From NCBI GenBank assembly GCA_013265495.1, contig MU057615.1, forward strand, positions 124,001 through 188,000: a stretch of DNA of 64,000 bases, given 5' to 3'. The notes beneath the pieces were generated by a model. It made no database searches. It had not been told where the DNA came from and was given only the letters and a program-made list of their open reading frames with translations. Source of the DNA: Vicugna vicugna. Its lineage: Eukaryota. A program made the position numbers and the translations under genes. Positions within the stretch are counted from its first letter, which is position 1. Every line of letters begins with the position of its first letter. This document shows positions 12,603 to 26,002 of this stretch, in pieces.

Positions 12603-13213
12603 AGAAGTTGCAGCTCACTTGACAGTGTGTGGCCCCGGGGTTTCATCCTCCACTCTCCAACGTGGTGAAATGTCTGTCGCCCAGGTAGTGAGGTGACAAA
12701 ACCAAGACACAGTCATATGTAACCTTCAGGTGCAGCTAGTGGGGCATTTTTCTCAGTGATTAGTCTGTGAATACAAATCTTGGAAGTATTTGTAATTATA
12801 TTTTTCTTAGTTTTGTTTTTTTGTGAACCACAGTTGATGTTGGCATGGCACTGGTGACATCGTTTTAAAGTTTCACTCCTCTGCGAGGCTGGAGCTGCAG
12901 CTTCTAAGTCAAACTATGGTGAAAGGAAGGCCCTGCCACAGAAAGCCCCTTGACCCAGCTCACTCCGCGAGTCTCTGCTGACCTGTCATGAATCCAGAGC
13001 TTCTGTTCACCAGCGGAGATGCCTCTGATACCATTCCCACAGGGGCTGGCAGAACTCTGGTGTTAGTTTCTGATGGAAAACAGTTTAAAATATCCACGCT
13101 GTGTGCAGGGTGCTCATGTGAACTTGCTGTGGTTGTTACATCAGTGGTTCTTCAGAGTCCATGGTTGTGCAGCCCCTTCTGCACTGATGCTGGACTCAGC
13201 CGTGCTGTCACTT

Positions 13214-13844
13214 TGTTACCAAACCAAACTTGGGTTCACTCACCCAAGCATAGTAAAGCCAATCTTCTGACACCGGGTTGTCATAAAGGAAAGTAAACCA
13301 TTTATTGTAAGGTGCCAGACAAAGAGTCCAGGGCAGCTAATGCCAAAAATCCCCAAACTCTCCATTGGGTTTTGGGGAGCAGTTTTTATGGGCAAAGTTT
13401 GAGAGAGGTCTGCAGGGTGTGTGACCTTCCTCTGACTCGTTGGTGGGGAGGTAACAAGGTGATGTTCCAGGAATCTCCAACATCAGCCTTCTGGTTCCAA
13501 CCTGTCTATAGAGTCCACATGCTTGTGCTCAGCCTCAAGTTACCATTCGCCACTTGGATGGCTGCCTTAGTTCCTGTAGAAGAACTCAGGGACGTGTATC
13601 AGATTATTATGCACATCCCCTGAGGAGGAACCAGGACCCTGCCCCATCTCTACACTATTGTTTCTTGACTCCCTTTCCTTTATTTCTGCATTCCCTCATT
13701 CCCTGAATTAGTAACTGTTTAAATCTGCCCCCTGGACCTCAGGGAGGTCTAGAAGGCTGAAACCTTTTCCCTACAAATAAGAAATAGGGGACTTGGGAGG
13801 GGCTTTCATGTCCAGGGGGCCTCATAGGGTCCTGCTGGATTTCA
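13214..13844 (-). mobile_element. Solo ERV1-class LTR
   Basis: tgttacc...ttca termini, tttatt near the left end (AATAAA on minus), TSD actt/gctt. Confidence 0.8.
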
Positions 13845-13919
13845 GCTTTGCTCACTTGATGCTAAGGAAGCCTGACATGGGCAAAACCTTGATATCTGCT
13901 CTGCTTGGAACGCTGCCAC

Positions 13920-14383
13920 TGCGAGTGAAAAATAATGCAAGCTGTATCAATAAACAAAGAATGCTGAAGCCATCAAGTCATCAGCCACTGCTGTCACCCC
14001 CCACAGTGAAGACAAGCAGGCAGCCTGGCCTCTGCAGCCTGAGGGAACTCAGGATGTGGAAGAACAGGATACTGGCCCTAGATAGCTAAGTGCTTGTCAA
14101 AGCAGTGATTTCAATGCGCCTAGATATTTGCTCCTTCCCATACCTAGAAAAGCACTAAATTCTTTAACTTGAGATGCCTGGCTTTCTTTAACAGTAATCT
14201 TTAATGTTCTGACTATCTGGTCTTTGTTGCAAAACTCCTATATATCCTGGCTCCTCCCCTACCTCTTCAGAGCAGTCCCTCAGAGAGATCTGAGAGGCTG
14301 TCATCCCAGACTGAATCCTCAGAAAGGTCCACTGAATAGAACATAAATCTCAAGTTTTAGGCTGTGCATTTATTTCAGTCGAA
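13920..14383 (+). mobile_element. Solo ERV LTR
   Basis: Imperfect inverted ends (tgcgagtgaaaaataatgca / tgcatttatttcagtcga) and TATA-like ctatatat. The 3' end resembles the reverse of the LTR at 21081. Confidence 0.7.
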
Positions 14384-14619
14384 TGATTAGACCTTTGTAT
14401 ATGTGGTCCTAGAAACACATCAAAGGTGGAATTTCAGATTATGGAGAGTGGACGGACTTTTAATAAATTGGTATGTATATTACAACTTCATCCATCCACA
14501 TATATGTAAAGTTTACTGGATAACTGGATTATATTTATATCTATACCAATTATCCAGTGAAATTTATATGTACATATTTATGTATATATACATACATACC
14601 TATATATGCACATTGTACA

Positions 14620-14830
14620 CAAATACACTGAACAACATGGATTTTCCCTGCACAGGTCCACTTATATGCAGAATTTTTCAAATGAATATGTACTACGTAC
14701 TACACAATCTGAGGTTGGCTTAATCCATGGATGCAGAACCATGAATTTGGGGGAAGGCTGACCATGAAGTTATGTATGGATTGTGGCTACATGGAGGTCA
14801 GTGCCCCAAATGCCCAAATTGGTCAAGGCT
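14620..14830. mobile_element. Tigger2/MER8-like TcMar-Tigger fossil
   Basis: tgaacaacatgga...ggtccacttatatgcagaatttt...aagttatgtatggatt...ggtcagtgcccc...ggtcaagg resembles the Tigger2a/MER8 termini. Confidence 0.7.
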
Positions 14831-17800
14831 GAAAAAGTAGAATTAAATCCCTACCTTATGTCAAATAAAAAAGACCTTATGTCAAAATACTTAAACATGA
14901 AAGACAAAATGAAAAGTTTTCAGAGTCTGTGTGGTCAATTGATCAGACTACTTTTGGAAACATTCATCTCGATTTGGCTGTGTTTGGTGATTAGGGTAAT
15001 TTGAGAGAAAAAATATTATATTTCAAAAGATATTAAATTTCAGTTCTGGTAACTGAAGTCTGAATTTATAAAAGTTATTTTATTAGTCACAGTTTTACCC
15101 TAGTAATCAAGAGGAAAAAAATTTAGTGAGTTAACACAGAGTGTAACTACTCATGACATATCACTGCTCGCTTTAAGTCTGCTGCTAAAAGCACACGTAC
15201 AATGCTTGTGTAACGGTTTGGTATAAGTAATAAAATGTGTATCCTCTAAAATGTTTCCCCATCAACATTCCTCTGAGCCTGTTCATGGTATCTGCTCAGT
15301 TTTCCCCCAACTAGGCAAACATGAAAGAGGCTTAGCCCTGAGGGACATGACCTAGACCCACAGCAGACAGGTAATGGCCACCGTGACTTTGATGGACATG
15401 TTTTTGTCTGTTGAAGGATTTGCAACCAAAAGGGGGAAATGATGGGAAAATCTGCACATACTGAGATATGGGAAAGTTACTCTGGCTTATAGATGATTTA
15501 ACTTCAACTTTATAGACCAAAGCGGCCTGTTCTGTGGCCTTTCAGGCACGCATTGTACACCTTCCTTGGCTATTAAGGAGAGAAATGTATTTGAAAGTTA
15601 GAATGGAGGAGCTGTGACTCAGACATCCAGGGTAAAACTAGGTGGCCACTCTGGCCCCTACGCATAAGTCTCTTCTGTTAATAGCTGCTCTGCAGCAATT
15701 TCATTGTCTAAAAATTTAATAATTACAAGATGAGACCTTGAAACCATAAGGACAGTGCTTTGAAAATGGCTGGTGGGGTTTCAAGTCTGACGTAGCTCAG
15801 AAAATTCAAGTTCTCAGCAGTACAGAAATTTGTCTGGAATCATGTCCACAAAAATATACCACTTCACACCTACAATTATGGTTATAATAAAAAAAAATTT
15901 AAAGAAGATGGAGTAACCAAACATATTTGTTTAATGTGTTTGAATTAACAAGATCTAGGCAAGACAGTGCTGTCTAACATGCGGCTTCAGAACACACGCT
16001 GTCAGGAAGAGGGAAGCCTCTGCCTGTGTGCCCGCCCCCGGCCCCCGCCTTCCCAAGCAACACTCCCGAGGGAGCCCAGGGGCTCGTGTGTCATCATTTC
16101 ACAGTAGGGAACAGCATGGGAAGACATGGAACAACATTGTGAAGTTCCCACGATCTGAATGAAAATTTTATTAAATTACTTTGCCATTTCCTTCCTTCTC
16201 CAATCTGTAAAGTGAGGAGAATAGTATAAAGCCCCAGTCAACACATAATTGATGTTGAATCATTATTTTTTTTATGTTATATGTCCCCCATCTCTTTCTT
16301 GTTTGCAAAAGAGTTGGGGATTTTTGAATTCTTAACCACTTAAAGAGTAAGCTTCCCAGCACAAGGCCAAAATAGTTTCCCTAGAGTTAAGAGGTGTTCG
16401 ACAAATATTGGTTTAATTCATCTACATTTTCAAAGAACAGGCAGCACGCCTGTTGTACTGCACTAACCTAGACGGGCTAGAATTGCGCAAATGCTTTTAC
16501 CTCCGTCATGATCGTTCCTACTCCAATAGTCAAACTAACAAACAAAACTTAAAGTTGTGAATGTAGAAGATTTGTTAAATATCGATTCTTTCAAAAGCAA
16601 CAAAAGTTCTTAGAAATAAAATTACTTTATAAAGTTTGAGATCACCTCATTTTCTAGCCTTGTATATCTAAACGTTTATGTTTATTAATAAAAATAAGTG
16701 CTTGAGTATTAAAGGCTATTAATTTTACATATTTATTTTACTAACACTGGATTTACAGCATATGTATGAATAATAAATTAAAATTTCATAAGATTTTTCA
16801 ATAATCATATATCTTGTTAATAAAAATTTTGCCTAGGTTGAGCAATTTCCTCAACTGCTTAAAATTTTTGATTGGTTCTTACAGGTTGTCTAAAACACTG
16901 TCCCCAGATATCTTCAAAATTAATGGTAGTCTTTAGTCATTTGTGAATTGCTCTTGTGTAAGAATTTTCATTGTCCCAAGCATTCACAGTGGTTATGTAA
17001 GCTCTCTTAACACTGTAAGGCAGTACTAATTGATATGCTTGGACTTTCAACTGACTGTATTGTGATAAATTATCATATCCTTATTATAATACTAATTACA
17101 GTTAGTTATGCAGTTGATGTCAAATTCAGTCATTTATTAGATGCTTTGAAACTTAATGAAAACTAATGAATAGTGCTATCAATTACTCAGTGGTTTTTCT
17201 GAAATTTAAATGTCAGAGTAGCAGCGCTTAACAAACACACTGGGATCTCCCATTTGCTCTTTTATGTTCTCATCTTTGCTTTCTGTCTGGGCCTCTACAT
17301 TTTGTTAAAAAATGAGTTAGATGTGGCAATTATCTTGTTAGCAGGGTGGTGAAAGCAGCCGGCAGGGCCCTTAGAGCAAGAGCAGGGCTACTTTACTTGC
17401 AGATGTTGATAGAACCTCCATCCGGAAGCTGGGAAGACTCGTGATGGAAGGCAGGAGACTTGCTTTCTGAATAGGGAGGGCACTGAGTTCTGCTGGAGGA
17501 TGTGCATCCATGATGGTTTACATAATTGGAGAAAGTTACTTCATAATTAGCTCATACATTAAAAATCTTACACCACTTCACAAGATATGCACAAGATAGT
17601 TAAATATTTTTGCTTCCCTCTGGATTCTCTAAACAGATAATTTCTAATATTCCTGATAATATTCTTAATATTTTAAAATTACAGTAAATGGAAAGTATGA
17701 CTACATTGTATTGATGGAAGTACAAGCAGATGCCTGTCTCAAGGCATTAGGATGAGTCCAGGCTTGGGTAACAGACATTTTCAAATGGAGCCCTGATATT

Positions 17801-18206
17801 TTCAGTTTTTCTTTTGGGTGTGATACATGACTCTTATGAAGACTTCAGCATATTTGTATTTTCCATTATGATAAAAATAACATATAAGATGGTAAACATT
17901 GATTTAAATGCTACAACTGAACATATTAGATGACTTTTTTATATCATTGCAAATACCCAGGATAGTGGGGGTTTTGCTTGTTATTCATTTATTTTATTCG
18001 TAATTAAAATTGCTTTGAATGACAAATTTTGTTTAGGGAAGGCGTCAGAGGGGGGACAGTATTGTAGTAGGTGGATAACATGTTTGTCTCAGTGGTGGTG
18101 CTTGCTTCTTCTCTGGGCAGCTAGAGTCATCCAAATGTAAGAGCAATGGCAGAAATATAAAAATGAGAAATGTCAATTTTACTCATTTTAAGCTTCGAAT
18201 ACCCTC

Positions 18207-18725
18207 TTTTTAAATTAAGATGTAATTGACATGTAATATTGTGTTACTTTGAAATGTACAACATAATGATTTAATATTTGTATGCATTGCAAATTGACCA
18301 CAGTAAGTTTAGTCAACATCCATCACTTCACATAGTTACAAGTTATTTTCTCCTTTGATGGGAAATTTTACGGTCTAGTCTGTTGCAACTTTCAAGTATA
18401 CAATACAGTATTATTAACTTTAGTCACCATGCTGTACATTACATCCCAAGACTTATGTATCTTATATCTGGAACTTTGTATCTTTTGACCACCTTTACCC
18501 ATTTCACCAATCCCCCACAAATCCACCTCTGGCAGCTAGGAAAGGTTCTCTGTAATTATGAGTTAATTATTTTTTTGATTCTAGAATTTGTCTTTCCCTG
18601 ACCTATTTTATTTAGCATAATGCCCACAATGTCCACCCATGCTGTGACAAATGGCAGGATTTCCTTCTTTTTTATGGCTGAATAATATTCCATCTCATAT
18701 ACTGCCTTTTCTTTCTACATTTATT
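18207..18725 (-). mobile_element. L1 3' UTR (L1MA9-like)
   Basis: taattgacatgtaatattgtgt...gtcaccatgctgtacattacatccc...aatggcaggatttccttctttttatggctgaataatattcc. Confidence 0.85.
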
Positions 18726-19699
18726 TTACACTTTGAAACTCAAATAAAATTTTATGTGGAATACTTATAAAATCTGAGGTGCTCTTTCTGAATTTGGGGC
18801 AAGATTAAACCCTTTCATCCCCATTAACCTCTGCCTCCCTTCCCACCACCCCACGTGGCCCCTGAGGTAACTCTAGGTATCCTGCATCACAGAGAATGTT
18901 TTCACACATACACTGAGATAATTGGATTTGATTTTCCTGAAGAGGCAAATATGAATTGTGCTGCTTAATGTGTTTTCAAAATCAAAGGTTTCATGCATAT
19001 TAAAGGTTAGCTGGGATTGTATCTGGTCATTCCTTACAAGGCTTTTGAATGGGAAACCTTAAGATTATGTAGAATGAAAGTTAGTGGCAGCCTTACCTCC
19101 TTTTTTCCTCCTATATGCTAACCACCTTAATTTGCCAAGTTTAGACATTTGGCGACCCTTGCCAGAAATGGTATAGAAAGTAGTAAATGCTTTACAGCAA
19201 TAAAGACCTTATTTCCATCCTAATTTTGGGTACAAGAATGGGATGCCTTTATAAACTGTACTATTTCTGTGACTGTGACCGTCACCCCTCCTAGGGCAGC
19301 AGGTGGGACTTTCTGGTCCCCAGCACATCCTTCATGCAGACTGGGGGTTTGGTGATGAATAGGACTGTGTTGTAAGTGAGAATGTTTGGATGCTGCATCT
19401 AAAAAATCTCACTTAAAAAAATCTCCATTTAAATGATCTCATTCACACACTATATGATTCTAGAAACACATGGACTGCTATCTTGGTGCATAGTTAGCAG
19501 TCCATAAGCATTCTAAATTAAACTGAACCTGTCTTTTCCAAAGTGATTAATCAAGGCAAGCCAGATATCTTCTCTTGATATGCTCCTTCCTTTAAAGTGA
19601 ATGGCATAAAACATTTTGAAAGTGTGTGTGTGTGTTTAGTTTTTCTTCATAAAAGGCCTGCTTTTGACAAGAGCTATAAAACTAGATTCAGTATTACAC

Positions 19700-20180
19700 C
19701 AGCAATCCTATCAGTTAGAAATTGATTTGACTGATGGTAATGGAGAGCCAATGTCAGTATCTTAACCTTTCAAAGGATTATTCTCCCAGAGGGTGTCTGG
19801 AGGTGGTCCAAAACTGATGTGGTGGTTTCATAAAATCATAAACTCATAAATCGTAAAGCCCTTAAGGGTGTAGGCTCCTCCCTCTGGGCACCGCTCCATT
19901 CCAGGCAGCTCCCACCCTCCAGGCAAAGGATGGCTGGCTCACCTGGACCACCTGCTGCTCAGCATTTTAGGCAGCAGGAATGAGAAACGGTGTGAGAGTG
20001 ACTCATAGAAGTCCTACATGACACGGAATCTTTTTAGCTAAAACTTAGGTTTGTGACTCTGCCACATGTGTGGGAGCTGGGAAATGCTCTTGAAGCTTGA
20101 AGCTGGATGTGTTTCCTAGGGTTCTCTTGTAGGGAAAGGAGGGGACCCAGTGATCATGGGAGGCAACTCTGTATCTCTAG
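19700..20180 (-). mobile_element. Ancient MaLR LTR (MLT1J/K-like)
   Basis: Degenerate motifs gtctggaggtggtcca, aaggatggctg, ggcagcaggaatgag and ggagctgggaaatg. Confidence 0.45.
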
Positions 20181-20341
20181 GGTACTATGACGTTAGTCTG
20201 TTTGCTTACGGCTTAGAATAGTCAGTTTAAAAATCTTTTGAATATTTGTGATTAAAACAGGTTGACCCTCCCCAAATTCTTAATTAACTAGGGCCAATTC
20301 TGTTAGATCGTACCTGAATGTTCCCTAATTTATAAAGAAAT

Positions 20342-20857
20342 TGTTGTGGCACAGCATGGCAGGCCAGTGACACAGGATGGTAAAAGAATTTACCGGAGGC
20401 AAGAACACTTTTGGAAAGGAGTTTATTAGGTTGTGGTGCTGTGGCCAACAGCGGGCCACACAGGTGACAGGCGCCTGTGTGAGCCCGAGGGTGAGCGTGC
20501 AGGGTCTTCTACTGGAGGAAGGGGGCTGGCGCACACGGAATAGGGGCTGCGTGATCAATTCACGTACAAGTAACTGGTGGTAAGATCTGTCAGGGGCTTC
20601 TCTGAACGACAGGATTTATGACTCTGATACAGGCAGGATGTGAGACCTGTCCCCTAGGGTATTGTGAAATAGGCTTTCTCCCAGGGCGATTAACCCTGCA
20701 GGGTAAACACACAAGAGATGTTTTTATCCTGCAGAAATACAGGTATGCAGAGGGTCCTGCAGTGGGGAGTGGGGGTTAAAGTGTCAGTGGCTCCCTGCAC
20801 ACAGAGAGCCCAGGAGCGGGGGTTTTATGACTCCAGAGAGTGCCAGCCGGCTCCACA
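20342..20857 (-). mobile_element. Solo LTR (probably ERVL class)
   Basis: tgttgtggc...ccggctccaca termini, tttatt near the left end, 5-bp TSD gaaat/gaaaa. Confidence 0.7.
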
Positions 20858-20863
20858 GAAAAT

Positions 20864-20918
20864 TCACTCACATGACTTTTATATAAAAAATTTACTCACA
20901 TGACTTTGATATAAAAAA
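20864..20918. repeat. ~27-bp tandem duplication
   Basis: actcacatgacttttatataaaaaa followed by actcacatgactttgatataaaaaa. Confidence 0.85.
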
Positions 20919-21080
20919 ATAAGCTTTATGCCTCATTTTCTGGAAAAGTTTTGTTGCTAATAATTTCCAGTTAAGACAAAGACACTTCAAGAATTCAATG
21001 TATTTATCAAACCAATACTCAAGTTCTTTCTGTTGAGTTGAAACTGAGAGTTGCTGTATATTAGGTCTTGATTTGATAGG

Positions 21081-21586
21081 TGTCAACTAAAATAAAATCA
21101 TACAACCTGAGAGTTATGGGTTAAGTTTTATTTGGGACAAATGAGGACTAGAGCCTGGGAGACAGCATTCCAGAAAGCTCTGAGAAACTGTTTCAAAGAG
21201 GCAAGGGGAGAACTCAGTGTAATACATGATTTCAGTGCAGGGGGCGCATGCAGCCAAGCACACACGGAGGCAGAGGCTGCTGCTTGTCACGAGGAGCAGA
21301 GGTCACCATTAATGGCGTAAGTGCTTTTCTAGATATGAGAAGATGCAAGAATTGGGGTCATAAGATCTTTTCCTGAAAATATCTAACTATCTGAAGGCCT
21401 GTTCTACCAGTTTTCCCAGAGCACAGAGCACCTCATTCCTGACCTCCATCCTGAACTCCTTTCAGGATGTTGTTGGAGGTCAGCGGCTGCAGTGGCTCAT
21501 GATTTAATCCAAGCAGAGTAAGATGGCAAGTGCAACGTGATCCAGTCCTTGGAGAGGCAGATGGCAAGTGCTAATGTTAGTTAGCA
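21081..21586 (-). mobile_element. Solo ERV1-class LTR
   Basis: tgtcaact...ttagca termini, ttttatt near the left end, TSD tagg/cagg, and an internal agatggcaagtgc repeat. Confidence 0.75.
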
Positions 21587-22089
21587 CAGGACAAGACTAA
21601 CAGTAACTGTAGTTTGGGGCAACATTGCTGAAAACTACAGGAGACAACACAGAAAGATGCATGGACAGTGATGGTTTAATTTGGAGTGATTTGCTATTTG
21701 ATGACTATTAAATTATTCTCAGTAATTAAAAATGTGCAATCTTATTTCATGTCTCTCAGGCTGCTTGACATATAAATACGAGATTATTCACATTAGTGAG
21801 AAAATAAATGAAGTGAGGCACTTAAGTTTGATTTTTAATTTATTTACAACTATTTTCCTGTCTATTCTCAACATTTATTCTAAAATGGCAGACATTGCAG
21901 CTGCATGAATCCAAAGAGAAGGCGAGATGGTGAGACTCACCGTGTTATTGTGGTCGTAGCATTTTGAACACTGCTGGGGTTATGGACGTCAGTGACCAGT
22001 CATGTCATTCTCTCAGATGCTTTCTGGATCCCTACCAGATACTCATAATGTCATCCGTGACTATCTGGTATTTGTAACTGCTTAATTGT

Positions 22090-22410
22090 TCAAGGCTTTA
22101 GATAGCTTTTCTTATGCTTTTCACAGCAGGGTTAGGCTGGAGAGGAGGTGGGGCATTGCAGGTCTGCCCAGCCCCCTCATGGGGCTGCATGCAGGGATCA
22201 TGTGCGGTGCTCGGCTTTTGCTCCCAACACCTCAGAAATGGCAGTTGGGCTTCTGTTTTCTGTATCTTGTTGTTCCTAACTAGCCCCAACTGCACATGTC
22301 TGCAGTTAATTTTAGTTCCTTGTGGTTTCTTTGTGTTCTGTTCTTTGAGGTGCAGGTCCCACCCTGTATGAACACTGTAGCAAGAGTTCCCAGGTCTCAG
22401 CCTACCTAAG
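22090..22410 (-). mobile_element. ERV1 LTR fragment (MER67/LTR39-like)
   Basis: Minus strand begins aggtaggctgagacctgggaac and contains catgtgcagttggggctagttaggaac. The left boundary is uncertain. Confidence 0.5.
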
Positions 22411-22411
22411 A

Positions 22412-22840
22412 TGCTAGAAGCATATACCGACCTGACTTTAAACTGCACAGGTTTTCCTCTAGAGCACTTTTGTTCAGACCCCCTACCTAAGCACCCTTTG
22501 TTCTAGGCACAAGATACTAGGAGACTCTCAAAGCCAGAGGTGAACATCATTCTTAGCAGAAGGAAGGGGACCCTGCATCTGCAGAAACAATAACAGCTTC
22601 ACAACAATTTGTTACTTGTATGTGATCTCTATGGAAACTAGCTCTGCTCCTTGAACTCTTGAACTTTTACTATAAACCCCCTCTGTCTTCTCTCCCCAGT
22701 AGGCTCACAGTCTTAGAGGTATTACCCCACTGGGACCTCATTGCCTGGCAAAGTAATAAAGCTGCCTTTCTATTCATCCAAAACTCTATCCTCAAGTCTC
22801 AGTTGGGTAATTGGGGTATGGAGGCCAAGTTTTGGCAAGA
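22412..22840 (+). mobile_element. Solo ERV1-class LTR
   Basis: TATA-like ctataaacc, then gcctggcaaagtaataaagctgcc and a ttttggcaa end. The 3' half is similar to the LTR at 53412. Confidence 0.75.
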
Positions 22841-22957
22841 ATGAAAAGGAATATTAATAATACAATTCTCCTCTTATAATCACTAGTTGAATAAACACTT
22901 GATGGGAAGCAGAGTATACGTTTTCCATTTAAGTATAAGGAAGACACTGCAGTATAG

Positions 22958-23408
22958 TATAGAAATAAACAAGACCACCCAAACGAGGACAAGCAAAGGC
23001 TATGATTTATTCCGAGCTAGTCATAGTACAGGAGTCATCCACCATCACCTGCATTTGGCAGATGCTCAAAGGCAGGCAGGGGAATGAGAGACCATTATAG
23101 TGGAAAAGGGAAGGCTTCAGGGGTGGCCCAATTGGAGGCTGTTGGCCTGGGGAGGCTGGAGGTGGACTCACCAAGAGTGGGACATCCTTTGCCATTGGTT
23201 AGAGGTTCGTTTTTTCTGATTGTTCTTAAGTTGGAGACAGTGGCAAAAATTAGGGAAACCGGTAGTTACTGACCAAGTTGAGAACATCTTGGGCTGCCTG
23301 CGGCAGCGTTGCAGTTTGTCTTCCAGGGCTGGTTGCTGCCAAGGCTGTGGTCAGAGCTCGGTTTTCATGTGTGCCCTGGCCGTTGTCCATTCGCATATTC
23401 AGTCTATT
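22958..23408 (-). mobile_element. Solo ERV LTR (same family as 60737-61155)
   Basis: Collinear similarity to 60737-61155: tttattc, ccaccatcacct, tttggcaga..ctcaaa.gcaggcag, ttatagtggaa, ttgtcc...attcagt. Confidence 0.75.
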
Positions 23409-25894
23409 AATGCCAATTAATACTTTTAAGGCTTAATGGCCATCCTCTTAAATATCATGACAGAACATTTTAAGGAAAAAAAGACCCCAAATATTGGTTT
23501 TACCAGTTAATGACAGTTTTCAGAAACCTTTGTGTGTGTCCTTAGGGAAGTATTCCAGAAGTTGGCAGGTGGATTTTAGTAAACACACCCACTGGAGCTT
23601 ACTATTTTAAGTGCATTCATGTTTGGGGCCCAAGAACCCCATAAATAAAGATAAGCCAAGCAAGCAGTGGGATTTTCCAGGAAAACAAGGTTGCAGCATT
23701 TGGTGTTTTCTTGTTGTCTCTAGTTTATTTATTTTGGCTTTGTTGTATCTGACATTGACAGATAGGGGCTAAGGAAATTGTCAAGAAAAGCACTTAAAGT
23801 GTTGATTGAGTATGGAATGCGTGAAGGCTGGTTTCTCATCGTTGTGGAGAAATTCAGGGGAAGCAAAAGACATCATCTCTTAAACCGCTTGAAACCGCCC
23901 AACCATTTGGAAATGGCATATTTTTCAAGGGGTTTGTCCCCTCACTTGTGAGAGACCTCATGGGACACTGTGGATTAAATAAAATAACACTGGTAATATT
24001 GTAACCCAATTGTCTACCACTTAATTAACTCTTAAGGAATGATATTGCTGATACGTGAGCTAATGTATTAATGAGTTCTTGAAATGATTAAGACTCATTT
24101 AGCTAAATATGAGATTTTTTCTAAAAGTAATCTTCAAAATAAGGCTGGCAAATAGACCTTGGGTACCCAAGAACCTGCTGCAACATGGATGTAGTTTCTC
24201 TTTAAAATAAATGTAGTATTTCTTTAAAATAGACATATCCATGTCAATATGTTTAGGAAATGTTAATTCCAAGATGATGTGGCATAATCTTTTTGCGGAG
24301 AAAATGAGTTACAAAAGATGCCTATAGCTGAACCATGTGGTTAGTTTACGAGTACTTCTTCCATTTACAGATGGAGATGGATGGCCAAAAATGAACAGGC
24401 ACATCTAAGATAGGGTAGCTATCATTCTCTAAAGGTTGGGTATCACTTGGGTTACACGTATAGAAGCCATTAACATTACAAAATATTATCTATAAAACTT
24501 TTCTTTTGAGGAAACTACCTAGCAAGGATTTCTTAGCTTTTTTATTTCTAAATTGGCTCTAAGTAATGTTATATTGGGCAGATACTCTAATTAAGGCATA
24601 AGTCTGGCTCAGAGCACTAGGATGCCAAATCTCGCATCATTAGTTGCCTTGAATTGAAATAATGACAGACTTAATTAGATAAGTTTTGTGGTTATCATGA
24701 TCTAATTATTAAGCACAATTTGCGAAGACCTGCTGTGAAAGAGCGTTTCTTCTAGTTTTATAAATATTGAAAAGCAGCTCTGTATCAAAAACAGTGTGAC
24801 TTGAATGTAGGACGGTGTTACACAGCATTGTCATTTACACGTTTCTTTTGCTTGGTGATTGCATTAGGTGAGTGTACTTATGTGCAAATAAATGTGAATA
24901 AAAGACTCCTGTCTTTTAAATTATCACATGTACCAATCTTCTCATGAACGCTCGCTTCATCTAATTCTTGGTCCTACGGCTCGTGCCACTTCCTTCAGCT
25001 GCCCGCCCCTCCGCAGCTTTGCCGCCTCGAGCGCACCTCGGGCTGCCACCACGGACTGCGTTTTCTCACTCAGAACCTCCAGCAACACGATCTTGACCTG
25101 TCATGGACTCGGCCTTATTACCCTCCCTAGCATTTCCGATCCCTACTGATGTTGAAAACCCTAACTTTGATTCTTACTCTGAAAGGTCTTCTTGAAATAT
25201 GATGCCAACCCTGACATGAAAGAAAAAGTTGTGTGTTCTAAGAGAATCCACCCCCAGCCCAAGCGTACGTGGCCACATGTAAGCAGGTGGTTTCTTAACA
25301 GAGTCTGAAACACGGACAGAACACAGACCAGCGACCCCGCTGGCCTTTGTATGCATTTCTGTTTGGTTTTTCACAGTTAACTTCATGAATTTGGAAAAGC
25401 GGTTTCTGCCTCCTTGTTTTCTAACTCTGCGTCATCGTCCCTGAAGTCCTCCCAGCAGCTGTCCCACCGCCTGAAATTGCCCTCAGCAGGCGAAGCTGCT
25501 GCCCCAGATTCTCTTTTAATCTCACTGCTTTAAAAACATCCAGGCCACCCAGGAACAGGTCTCTTGGCCCCATGTGGTGGATCCCCCTGTCCTACTCTAT
25601 CGGATCACTGGGAATCTGGTGTGATCTCTAGGGAGGCGGGCCAGCTGACCGTTCCCATCCAGTACTGTCTGTCACAGGGTCAGAGCGAAGAGCACGCTGT
25701 GCAGTGAACAGGTTATTACTCACCCTACTATAAAAAGGGAAGGCAAAGAACTGAAGTTGAATTACAGAAAACAGCACACAATTCCAAGAAAGAGGACAGA
25801 AGTGTTTCCCAACATCCAGTATTGGTACAAAGTTAAATCCTGTATCAATTCTGGACCTGAGCTGCATTGCCCATAAATGTCTGGCCTGTGGTTC

Positions 25895-26002
25895 AATTAC
25901 TAGTTTGTTTTTTGTTTTTTTTTTAATGGAGGTACTGGGGATTGAACCCAAGACCTTGTACATGCTAAGCACCCACTCTAGCACTTGAGCTCTACCCTCC
26001 CC
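25895..26002 (-). mobile_element. tRNA-Ala-derived SINE (Vic-1-type), short-tail form
   Basis: tRNA-Ala-like head with A and B boxes and an A-tail. Perfect 14-bp TSD ctggcctgtggttc (25881-25894, 26003-26016). Confidence 0.92.
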
